A stretch of DNA of 64,000 nt from Limnohabitans sp. (GTDB taxonomy: Bacteria; Pseudomonadota; Gammaproteobacteria; Burkholderiales; Burkholderiaceae_C). Every line of letters begins with the position of its first letter. Position 1 is the first letter of the stretch. The notes beneath the pieces are model-generated. The model was not told the origin of the DNA. It did no database searches and was given only the letters and a program-made list of their open reading frames with translations. The stretch is from contig NZ_JBILQU010000004.1 in assembly GCF_044373035.1 (NCBI RefSeq), forward strand, positions 2,826 to 66,825, read 5' to 3'. This document shows positions 7,697-15,762 of the stretch, piece after piece. The position numbers were made by a program, and so were the translations under genes.

Positions 7697-8573
7697 TCTG
7701 TTGGAAGTTGTGAAAGATGTCGGCTGGCTGGGTCCAGTTCACATCCGGCCGTGTGTGCATGTCAGCAAGCAACTGACGAAGTGAGCCTATGCGGCTGGAC
7801 ATGCCACAGACCCAAGGATGCAGCGTGAGGCCAAATACAAGTTGGCGTTGCTGTTCAATGGCCTCCAAGCGAAGCCTGTCAAAGGCACTCAAAGCAAGCC
7901 GGGCGTGGCTGCGAGGATCGAGGTTCCTTAACCATTGGCTCTGGACGTCATCCCATTCGGCGCCAAGCGGTATGGCGGTGATGCCCGGTTGTGTGTTGAG
8001 CATGTAAGGTTGATCGTCATTGGTCCAATCGAGGGTGTAACGAATGCCAGCTTGCGCCAGTAACTTGTAGGTTTCCACGGTGGTCCCCCAATCCTGACTC
8101 AGCCAACCCAGAGGTTTGTGTCCCGTGCACGACACGATGGTGTTCAACGAATGCTCGATGATTTCGGCTTGTTGCTCGAGTCGGAATCCCGAATGCATCA
8201 GGACGGAGGCCGATTCAGCGTGACCGATCCACTCGCAGCCCCATTCGTTGAGGGTTTCGACCAGTTGCGGGAGTCTCTGAACGGCCACTGAATTGGCTGC
8301 GATGGCAGGACGTATGCCCCTTGCTTTCAAGGCGTCCAGCACTCTGAAAATTCCGATGCGCAAACCGTATTCGCGTTGTGTCCAGCTCCTGTAATCCGGG
8401 GTAAAACTTCCGAATTCGCCGACGAAGCGGGGGTCGCGAAGGCTGTCCACGGGGGGAAGTGCTACCCAGTGCTCCAGGCACAACACCACAAAAGCTTGAA
8501 GTCGGGCCGATGTGCCTGTTGGCTCTTGAGGGCGCTTGGGCAAAGCCGAATAGCCGTAGTGAGAGTGGTCCAT
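7689..8573 (-). CDS. Divergent PuuE/polysaccharide-deacetylase-family protein, paralogue 4; first gene of the minus arm
   Basis: ORF 7689..8573. It keeps the family skeleton in weakened form: QREYGLRIGIFRVLDAL, GCEWIGHAESAS, LTLHPWVCGMSSRIGSL. No obvious Shine-Dalgarno sequence. Confidence 0.75.
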   Translation of the reverse strand: MDHSHYGYSALPKRPQEPTGTSARLQAFVVLCLEHWVALPPVDSLRDPRFVGEFGSFTPDYRSWTQREYGLRIGIFRVLDALKARGIRPAIAANSVAVQRLPQLVETLNEWGCEWIGHAESASVLMHSGFRLEQQAEIIEHSLNTIVSCTGHKPLGWLSQDWGTTVETYKLLAQAGIRYTLDWTNDDQPYMLNTQPGITAIPLGAEWDDVQSQWLRNLDPRSHARLALSAFDRLRLEAIEQQRQLVFGLTLHPWVCGMSSRIGSLRQLLADMHTRPDVNWTQPADIFHNFQQNA

Positions 8574-8587
8574 TTGTGCAAAGGGGC

Positions 8588-8616
8588 TTGACAGCCCAAC
8601 TGAGTCAATACATAGT
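8588..8616 (+). promoter_or_regulatory. Candidate sigma70 promoter of the plus arm (-35 TTGACA, 17-nt spacer, -10 CATAGT)
   Basis: TTGACA at 8588-8593, a 17-nt spacer, then CATAGT at 8611-8616. It lies about 60 nt upstream of the ATG at 8678. Pattern match only. Confidence 0.4.
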
Positions 8617-8623
8617 CTAGCCC

Positions 8624-8647
8624 AATTGTTCTATTTTAAGAACAATT
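8624..8647. promoter_or_regulatory. Perfect 9+9 bp inverted repeat with a 6-bp spacer (AATTGTTCT-ATTTTA-AGAACAATT): candidate operator of the divergon
   Basis: Read directly. The arms are 8624-8632 and 8639-8647. It sits immediately downstream of the candidate -10 in the only intergenic region between the two arms. It fits the generic GntR-type GT-Nx-AC dyad. Confidence 0.55.
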
Positions 8648-8677
8648 AAACTCCATTCTATTTTTCGAGGACACCTC

Positions 8678-9895
8678 ATGACTTCCGAAAACCGCATTTC
8701 CCGTCGACTGGTGCTGCAAGCTGGTGCAGCCACTTCTGTTCTGGGCGCTCCAGCCCTGCTGCTTGCGCAACCCAAACCCATCAAAATTGGTTTGGTTCAC
8801 CCTGTTAGCGGAGGCTTGGCTTACAGTGGTGGTCAAGGACGCTTGGGTTGCGTCATGGCCATTGACGCCATCAACGCAGCCGGCGGTATCAAGTCCATGG
8901 GCGGCGCCAAGTTGGAGGCAGCGCTGGGTGACTCGCAGTCGCGCCCTGAAGTTGGTGTTGCCGAAGTGGAGCGCCTGCACCAAGAAGGTGTTTCTGCTTA
9001 CATTGGCTGCTTCTCCAGCGCCATTGCCTTACCTGCAACGCAGGCTGCAGCCAAATACAACACACCTTTCCTGATTGACGTTGGCGTGTCCGACTTGATC
9101 GTCAATCGTGGATTGAAAAACGTGTTTCGCTTGGCCCCTGGCTTTGGCAAATGCGCCGACGATGCCGTCTTGGCGCTGGGTGAAGTCAACAAAGCGGCTG
9201 GTGGTGTTGCCAAGACTGCGGTCCTGGTTCATGAGGAGTCTGAATTCGGCACCGGCACTGCCAAGTTGTTGGCAGGAAAGCTGCCATCCATCAACATTCA
9301 GGTCGCGGAAGTCATCAAGCATGCCAACCCAACCCGTGATTTCTCCAACGTGGCACTGCGCATCAAGGGTCTCAAGCCCGATTTGGTGATCATGAGCAAC
9401 TACCAAAATGAATATGTGTTGTTGGCCCGTACCATGCACCAACAAAAAGTTGAGGTTGCTGCGATGTTCAGCGTGTTGGGTGGCGGCTTCAACTACAGGC
9501 TTGTCAAAGAGCAGCCACAAGTGGCTCAGCACATGATGGACTTCAACCATTGGTTCAATCCGCGCAGTGCGCAGGCCATGGAGATGAAGAAAAAAGTTGA
9601 AGCGACCGGAAACCTCTTCACGTTTGAGGTGTATTGCGGCTGGAATTCGGTGATGTTGTATGCCGACGCTTTGGAGCGAGCCAAGTCTGCTGACAAGGAA
9701 AAAGCGATTGCAGCACTCGAGAGCAGCACTTGGTCAAACCACTTCATGCCCTACGGCGAGACCAAATTCGTCAACGGCCAAAACACCGGTGGCCGTGCCG
9801 CATTGCTGCAAGCCACTGCCACCGACATTGAGGTGGTATGGCCCAACCAGTTTGCATCGGTCAAACCCGTCTACCCACGCCCCAAAATGGGGTAA
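8678..9895 (+). CDS. ABC transporter substrate-binding protein, LivJ/branched-chain-amino-acid (type 1 PBP) family
   Basis: ORF 8678..9895 with GAGGA 6 nt upstream. Signal peptide MTSENRISRRLVLQAGAATSVLGAPALLLAQ, then PIKIGLVHPVSGGLAYSGGQ..., a typical family N-terminus. Confidence 0.9.
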   Translation: MTSENRISRRLVLQAGAATSVLGAPALLLAQPKPIKIGLVHPVSGGLAYSGGQGRLGCVMAIDAINAAGGIKSMGGAKLEAALGDSQSRPEVGVAEVERLHQEGVSAYIGCFSSAIALPATQAAAKYNTPFLIDVGVSDLIVNRGLKNVFRLAPGFGKCADDAVLALGEVNKAAGGVAKTAVLVHEESEFGTGTAKLLAGKLPSINIQVAEVIKHANPTRDFSNVALRIKGLKPDLVIMSNYQNEYVLLARTMHQQKVEVAAMFSVLGGGFNYRLVKEQPQVAQHMMDFNHWFNPRSAQAMEMKKKVEATGNLFTFEVYCGWNSVMLYADALERAKSADKEKAIAALESSTWSNHFMPYGETKFVNGQNTGGRAALLQATATDIEVVWPNQFASVKPVYPRPKMG

Positions 9896-9930
9896 ACCCT
9901 TAGCCATTTTTAACTGGCAGTTTTCATTGG

Positions 9931-9952
9931 GGCCCGCTTGTCAAGGCGGGCC
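9931..9952 (+). promoter_or_regulatory. Intercistronic GC-rich stem-loop between the binding-protein and permease genes
   Basis: GGCCCGC (9931-9937), an 8-nt loop, then GCGGGCC (9946-9952). No U-run follows. It could be a partial terminator or an mRNA-stabilising hairpin, as often seen after SBP genes. Confidence 0.3.
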
Positions 9953-9987
9953 TCGGGATGACTGCGACCTAACTTAGGGGTACTGAT

Positions 9988-10857
9988 TTGGACTTGACAA
10001 TTTTAGGTGCGGCTGCAATCAACGGCCTCCTCATTGGGGGTATTTACACCCTGGTGGCTTCAGGATTGACCTTGATCTACGGTGTCTTGCACATCATCAA
10101 TTTTGCGCATGGCAGCATGTTGATGTTGGCCATGTTTGGTGTTTATTACCTGTTGATCAAGCTGGGCATCGATCCCTATGTTTCGCTTTTGATCATGGTT
10201 CCGGTGATGTACCTTTTTGGTTTTTGGTTGTACAAATTATTGATCGGAAGACTGGCTCAAGGCAAAGACGAGAACATTCTTTTGATCACTTTGGGCTTGT
10301 CCATCCTGATCGAGAACTTGGCCTTGATGTTTTTCAAGGGCGACACGCGAACCATCTCCGTGCCCTACTCAGACGTGATGGTCGAGTTAGGACCCACACT
10401 GGTTTCGCTGCCCAAGATCATTTCCTTTGGCGCGGCCATGGTCTTGTGCGCACTTCTGGGGCTTTTCATACAGCGCACGGACACCGGCAGAGCCATTCGG
10501 GCTGTGGCCAAGGAGCGAGTGGGCGCTCGTCTGGTGGGCATCAACGTGGACCGTGTCTTTGCCATCTCTTATGGTATCGGCCTGGCCACCCTAGGTGCTG
10601 CAGCCTGCCTGTTGATGCCAATTTTCTATGTGTCACCCACCACCGGTCATATCTTTGTCATGGTGGCCTTTACCGTGGTGGTCTTGGGCGGGATGGGTAG
10701 CTTCTTGGGAGCGATTGTGGGCGGTCTGATTGTCGGCTTAACGGAGTCCTTTGGCGGTTTGTTCCTTGGAGAAAGTCTTGGGCAAATCGGCATTTCGCTG
10801 ATTTTCATCCTGATTTTGCTCTTCCGACCTTCTGGACTTTTTGGAGCCAAGCGATGA
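9988..10857 (+). CDS. Branched-chain amino acid-type ABC transporter permease (LivH-like)
   Basis: 289-aa polytopic hydrophobic ORF with a LivH-like sequence. TTG start as given in the track. Confidence 0.85.
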   Translation: MDLTILGAAAINGLLIGGIYTLVASGLTLIYGVLHIINFAHGSMLMLAMFGVYYLLIKLGIDPYVSLLIMVPVMYLFGFWLYKLLIGRLAQGKDENILLITLGLSILIENLALMFFKGDTRTISVPYSDVMVELGPTLVSLPKIISFGAAMVLCALLGLFIQRTDTGRAIRAVAKERVGARLVGINVDRVFAISYGIGLATLGAAACLLMPIFYVSPTTGHIFVMVAFTVVVLGGMGSFLGAIVGGLIVGLTESFGGLFLGESLGQIGISLIFILILLFRPSGLFGAKR

Positions 10858-11828
10858 CTGACAGTTCGCGTTCCATCGGATGGCCCTTGCATCTGAGTCT
10901 GTTGGCTCTGGCGGTGGTCTTCCCATTCGTTTTTTCGACACCCTTCATGGTGAATTTTGGCGTACTTGCTTTGTTCTATGCCTTCATCGGACAGTCTTGG
11001 AACATTGCCGGGGGCTTTGCTGGGCAACTGTCTTTCGGACACGTTGTCTTCTTTGGTGCCGGTGCATATGCCTCAACAATATTGCAATTGCGCTTTGGCA
11101 TGAACCCTTGGCTCGGGTTGCCCGCCAGCGCAATTGCCGGAGGTATTGTTGGCGGCATCATCGGGTTCCTTTCTTTTCGTGCCGGCCTCAAAGGCTCTTA
11201 CTTCGCTCTGATCACTCTGGCATTTGCAGAGGTGTTGCGAATTTTGGTCAATTCAGTGGAGTTCACCGGTGGTGGTTTGGGCTTGCTGATTCCTGCCAAG
11301 ATCGGCGCAGATAACTTCCAGTTTTCAGAACGCATTGGTTTTTATTTCGTCATTCTTTCCCTGACTGTGTTGTCGGTGGCCATTGCAGTCTGGCTCAAGC
11401 ATTCCCGTTTTGGCGCGCAGTTGGCAGCGATTCGTGAAAACGAAGATGCGGCCATGGCCCTGGGCATCAATGTCTTCAACGAGAAGGTCAAGGTCATGGT
11501 CCTGTCTGGTGCCCTGTGTGGCATTGGGGGCAGTTTCTTTGCGCAATATTTTCTCTACATCGATCCCACCATCGTTTTTGGTGTGGACAAATCGGTCGAG
11601 ATGTTGCTGGTGAGCATGATCGGTGGTGCAGGCACGGTTTACGGACCACTGATTGGTGCGGTTTTGTTGGCTGGCGTCAGTGATGCCACCCGTGTGCTGA
11701 CCAACGTTCAAGGCTTGTCCTTGGTGCTGTATGGCTCCTTGCTGGTCATCATCATTGCCTTTTTGCCAAACGGTTTGATTGACTTGTTCAAACGCATTGG
11801 CCAGCGCATCAAACAAAGGGGCCAGTGA
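10854..11828 (+). CDS. Branched-chain amino acid-type ABC transporter permease (LivM-like)
   Basis: 324-aa polytopic ORF. ATGA overlap with the preceding stop (10854-10857). Confidence 0.85.
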   Translation: MTDSSRSIGWPLHLSLLALAVVFPFVFSTPFMVNFGVLALFYAFIGQSWNIAGGFAGQLSFGHVVFFGAGAYASTILQLRFGMNPWLGLPASAIAGGIVGGIIGFLSFRAGLKGSYFALITLAFAEVLRILVNSVEFTGGGLGLLIPAKIGADNFQFSERIGFYFVILSLTVLSVAIAVWLKHSRFGAQLAAIRENEDAAMALGINVFNEKVKVMVLSGALCGIGGSFFAQYFLYIDPTIVFGVDKSVEMLLVSMIGGAGTVYGPLIGAVLLAGVSDATRVLTNVQGLSLVLYGSLLVIIIAFLPNGLIDLFKRIGQRIKQRGQ

Positions 11829-12571
11829 TGCTCAAGGTGACCGGATTAACCAAAATTTTTGGCGGCCTCAAAGCGGTTGATGACGCCTCATTGGAAGTCG
11901 CTGAAGGGCGCATCGTCGCCTTGATTGGCCCCAATGGAGCGGGAAAGACGACGCTTTTCGCTTGCATAGCGGGCTTCCAATCCATCAATGCAGGTCGCGT
12001 CGAGTTTTCCGGGAATGACATCACAGCTCGGCCTGTTCACGAAATTGCACGACAGGGGATGGTGCGCACATTTCAAATTACCCAGCCTTTTGCCAAACTC
12101 ACGGTGCATGAAAACATCGCGGTGGGTGCCTACCAAGAGTACATCGACCGCGATGAGGCTTGGGAGCACGCCCGGCGTATTGCTGATCAGGTGGGCATGG
12201 GGCAGATTCTGGATCAGCCCGCCGCAGACTTGACCGTGGCTGGACGCAAGCGACTGGAGTTGGCTCGGACTTTGGCCACAGGCCCCAAGCTGTTGTTGCT
12301 GGACGAGGTCATGGCGGGATTGAATCCATCGGAAATCATCGACATCATCGACATCATCCAGAAGATCCGCGCCAGTGGTGTCACGGTGCTGTTGATCGAG
12401 CACGTGATGCAGGCTGTGATGAGTTTGTCCGAGCACATCTATGTGTTGTCGTACGGCAAGATCATCGCCAACGGTGCACCCCACGAAGTGGTCAATGACC
12501 CTGCGGTGATTGAGGCGTATTTGGGACGTGGCGCCGCTGAGCAGATGGCGAAGGAGGCAAATCATGCTTGA
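11825..12571 (+). CDS. ABC transporter ATP-binding protein (LivG-like)
   Basis: Walker A GPNGAGKTT, Walker B LLLLDE, and a LivG-type C-terminal extension. Start is GTG 11825 or ATG 11828, overlapping the upstream stop. Confidence 0.9.
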   Translation: MMLKVTGLTKIFGGLKAVDDASLEVAEGRIVALIGPNGAGKTTLFACIAGFQSINAGRVEFSGNDITARPVHEIARQGMVRTFQITQPFAKLTVHENIAVGAYQEYIDRDEAWEHARRIADQVGMGQILDQPAADLTVAGRKRLELARTLATGPKLLLLDEVMAGLNPSEIIDIIDIIQKIRASGVTVLLIEHVMQAVMSLSEHIYVLSYGKIIANGAPHEVVNDPAVIEAYLGRGAAEQMAKEANHA

Positions 12572-13265
12572 GATTCGTGCGCTGCATGCTGGTTATGGCA
12601 AGGTTGAAATTTTGCGCGGCATCGATCTGGATGTGGGCCAAGGCGAGATCGTGGCGGTACTTGGCAGTAATGGTGTCGGCAAGTCCACGCTCAACAACAA
12701 CATCTCTGCGCTTTACACGCCGTTTGCAGGTTCTATCCGATTCAGAGGTCAGGAATTGGTGGGCAAAAGCTCGTCTGACATTGTCAAACTGGGCGTGATC
12801 CACGTGCCTGAAGGGCGTCGCATATTTCCCAACCTGAATGTGCTGGAAAACCTTGAACTGGGCAGTCTTGTCCGGGGCAAGGCCAACCGTCAAAAAAATC
12901 TTGAAAAAGTGGTTGCCATTTTTCCGCGTCTGAAGGAGCGTTTCAGCCAACTGGCGGGCACTTTGTCCGGTGGAGAGCAACAAATGCTCGCCATTGGTCG
13001 AGGGCTGATGTCTGAACCAGATCTGTTGATCATGGATGAGCCCTCTTTGGGCTTGTCACCGTTGTTGGTTGAAGAGATGTTTGCTCTTATTCAGAAGATC
13101 AATCAAGAAGGCCAGTCCATTTTGTTGATGGAGCAAAACGCCGTGCAAACACTGGCCATTGCACACCGGGCCTACATCATTGAAAACGGCGCGGTGGCCA
13201 TGAAGGGTAAAGCGGCCGATTTGGCTCGCGACCCCGATTTGCGAAAAAACTACTTGGGACTTTGA
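12564..13265 (+). CDS. ABC transporter ATP-binding protein (LivF-like)
   Basis: ORF 12510..13265 trimmed to ATG 12564 (AAGGAGG at 12551-12557). Walker A GSNGVGKST, signature LSGGEQQ, Walker B LLIMDEPS. Confidence 0.9.
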   Translation: MLEIRALHAGYGKVEILRGIDLDVGQGEIVAVLGSNGVGKSTLNNNISALYTPFAGSIRFRGQELVGKSSSDIVKLGVIHVPEGRRIFPNLNVLENLELGSLVRGKANRQKNLEKVVAIFPRLKERFSQLAGTLSGGEQQMLAIGRGLMSEPDLLIMDEPSLGLSPLLVEEMFALIQKINQEGQSILLMEQNAVQTLAIAHRAYIIENGAVAMKGKAADLARDPDLRKNYLGL

Positions 13266-13269
13266 ACAC

Positions 13270-14040
13270 ATGACTTTGTCGAAGGCTACTTTGTCTGGGG
13301 AGCTTCTGGGTCGCCGTGTGTTGATCACTGGTGCTGGGTCTGGCATTGGGTTGGCCACTGTGCAGGTGCTGCAGCAGCAGGGCGCCAAAGTGGCGGCCGT
13401 GGTGCAGACCGAGGCGCAACGCCAAGGTTTGCTGGAACACCTGCCAGCCGAAGCCGTTTTTATACGTGACCTGTTGGATGATGAGTCCACCGCTGCTTTA
13501 CCTGGCCAGGTGTCTCAGACTTTGGGTGGCCTTGACGGCTTGGTGGCCTGTGCCGGTATTTTTTTCAAAAAAGGATCTGACGACACCCGTTTGGATGAAT
13601 GGCGTCAAACTTTGGATCTCAACTTGACGGCAACATTCGTATTGACCCGTTCTGCCTTGGCTGTGATGCGTCAAGAACAGTCCGCAGACGCCAGCGTGGT
13701 CGTCATCAGCAGTCAGATCGGTTTGGTGGGGCATGCCAAGGGAGCGGCATATGCTGCCTCCAAAGCGGGTCTCAATGGCATGGTCAAATCGTTGGCGCTG
13801 GAATGGGCGAGCATGGGTTTGCGCATCAATGCAGTGGGTCCTGGCCCCATCGAAACACCCATGGTGGCCAACACCATGGCCGACCCCATAGCCTTGGCGG
13901 CCATGCAAGCGAGCATTCCCATGGGCCGGTTGGGGCAAGCGCACGAGGTGGCTGAACTGGTGAGTTTCCTGTTGTCACGCAGGGCTTCGTTTGTCACAGG
14001 TCAGATCGTTTGTGCCGATGGTGGTTTTACCGCCCGTTGA
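13270..14040 (+). CDS. SDR-family short-chain dehydrogenase/reductase
   Basis: TGAGSGIG dinucleotide motif and the YAASK catalytic Tyr-xxx-Lys. 256 aa. Confidence 0.9.
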   Translation: MTLSKATLSGELLGRRVLITGAGSGIGLATVQVLQQQGAKVAAVVQTEAQRQGLLEHLPAEAVFIRDLLDDESTAALPGQVSQTLGGLDGLVACAGIFFKKGSDDTRLDEWRQTLDLNLTATFVLTRSALAVMRQEQSADASVVVISSQIGLVGHAKGAAYAASKAGLNGMVKSLALEWASMGLRINAVGPGPIETPMVANTMADPIALAAMQASIPMGRLGQAHEVAELVSFLLSRRASFVTGQIVCADGGFTAR

Positions 14041-14047
14041 ATTGAAC

Positions 14048-14359
14048 ATGCCCGCTGTTGCCTTGACCGATTTGGTCCATGTCATTCGCAGTAAAAATGC
14101 GGGGCCCACTTTGTTGACACTCGATTTGTTTTTTCGGGATCGCCATGGTTACGATTGCGCCATCCAAAGTCCACAATTGTCGACGGCCTCGGTGGCCCAT
14201 TTGTATGGCTGCGCCCCAGCCCGCATGAGCCGTTATGACATGGCTGATTTGTGCGCCATCAAGTTCACTTTGCCACGTAAAGTGTGTGCGGGCTCACCTG
14301 GGGATGGTGATGTCTACGGCGCTCAGCAGCATGGACCATTGTTGGGGGTCATGCTTTGA
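14048..14359 (+). CDS. DUF4387 domain protein (corresponds to the C-terminal part of AtuA-type proteins)
   Basis: ORF 13991..14359 trimmed to ATG 14048. MPAVALTDLVHVIRSKNAGPTLLTLDLFF...GDGDVYGAQQH matches my recollection of DUF4387. Confidence 0.7.
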   Translation: MPAVALTDLVHVIRSKNAGPTLLTLDLFFRDRHGYDCAIQSPQLSTASVAHLYGCAPARMSRYDMADLCAIKFTLPRKVCAGSPGDGDVYGAQQHGPLLGVML

Positions 14360-15756
14360 TGCACGCCACAGTAAGACTGCTGAGTCGTCACCGTGTGGGA
14401 CATGAGCCCTTGAGAATTCTGGCCGCTTCGGGCCAGCTTGGATTTGGAATTCCGCAGGCGTCATTTGAACGCGGTATGGCCCGACAGCCGCATGTGGTTG
14501 GCTGTGACATGGGCTCCATCGATCCTGGCCCTTACTACCTGGGGTCAGGTGAAATGGCGGCGCCGATGACCATGGTCAAGCGTGATTTGGCGCTGGTTTT
14601 GACCGCCAGCCTGAATGCGGGTGTGCCATTGATCATCGGTTCTGCCGGAACGGCCGGTGCGCGACCTCACTTGGAGGCCACCGTGGCGGTGTTGCGCGAG
14701 ATCGCTTGCGAAAAAGGTTTGTCATTTCGACTCGTCACTGTGAAGAGTGATTTGCATGCGGAAATGGTCTTGACCAGCTTGAACAAGGGCGAGTTGGAGC
14801 CGATTGGACCGATGCCAGAGCCATCTGCAGATGATGTGATCAACTGCCAACACATTGTGGGTCAATGTGGCACAGAAACACTGGCGAGGGCGCTGGCACT
14901 TGACCCGGATGTTGTGCTCGCTGGGCGTGCGTGCGACACCGCCATTTTTTCAGTATTCCCGGAATTACTGGGTTATCCGGTGGGCTTGTCTTTGCACATG
15001 GCCAAAGTTATAGAGTGCACATCCTTGTGTTGCCAGCCCGGCGGACGTGATGCGATGCTGGCCACACTGGATGCGGATGGGTTCACGCTCGAAAGCATGA
15101 ATCCAGCGTGTCATGCCACGCCCGCTTCGGTTGCAGCGCATGCCTTGTACGAGCAAGCCAATCCCTACGAAGTCGAAGAGCCCGGAGGAACCTTGCGCTT
15201 GCACGGAGCGCGGTATGAAGCTGTGGATGCGCACCGAACCCGCGTCAGGGGTGCCGAGTTTGTGCCACGTGAAAACCCCACCTTGAAAATTGAAGGGGCT
15301 GCTTACGTCGGCAGCCGTGTGGTGTTGATCGCTGGCGTTGCCGATCCAGGTCTTTTGACTTGTTTGCCCGAAGCGCTTGCTGCCGTTGAGGAAAAGGTGC
15401 GCACCCTCTTGCCCGGCGATTGGCGTGTTGTGCCGCACATTTATGGGCAGGGTGCTGTTCGAACATTGCCGCCAGAGCAGTTCAGCAGCCATGAGGCCGG
15501 GTTGGTGATTGAGTTCCTTGCACATGATGCGGACATGGCCATGACTGTGGCGTCTGTTTTTAAACAAAATTTGTTGCATCACGCGTTTCCACAGCGGCTG
15601 ACGACAGCAGGCAATTTGGCGTTTTGTTTCACCCCCCCTGAACTGGCTGGACGCGAGGCCTATCGGTTTGTTCTCTACCATGTGATGCACAACGCCCCTT
15701 TGGATCAAATCTTTCAAGTCGAAGCCCAGTCCATTGCGCCAGCATGGATTCAATGA
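14359..15756 (+). CDS. DUF1446 / acyclic-terpene-utilisation AtuA-family protein
   Basis: ORF 14356..15756 with ATG 14359 sharing one base with the upstream TGA. ...LRILAASGQLGFGIP...VVGCDMGSIDPGPYYLGSG...PLIIGSAGTAG... is typical of DUF1446. Confidence 0.75.
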   Translation: MHATVRLLSRHRVGHEPLRILAASGQLGFGIPQASFERGMARQPHVVGCDMGSIDPGPYYLGSGEMAAPMTMVKRDLALVLTASLNAGVPLIIGSAGTAGARPHLEATVAVLREIACEKGLSFRLVTVKSDLHAEMVLTSLNKGELEPIGPMPEPSADDVINCQHIVGQCGTETLARALALDPDVVLAGRACDTAIFSVFPELLGYPVGLSLHMAKVIECTSLCCQPGGRDAMLATLDADGFTLESMNPACHATPASVAAHALYEQANPYEVEEPGGTLRLHGARYEAVDAHRTRVRGAEFVPRENPTLKIEGAAYVGSRVVLIAGVADPGLLTCLPEALAAVEEKVRTLLPGDWRVVPHIYGQGAVRTLPPEQFSSHEAGLVIEFLAHDADMAMTVASVFKQNLLHHAFPQRLTTAGNLAFCFTPPELAGREAYRFVLYHVMHNAPLDQIFQVEAQSIAPAWIQ

Positions 15757-15762
15757 GTTCCT

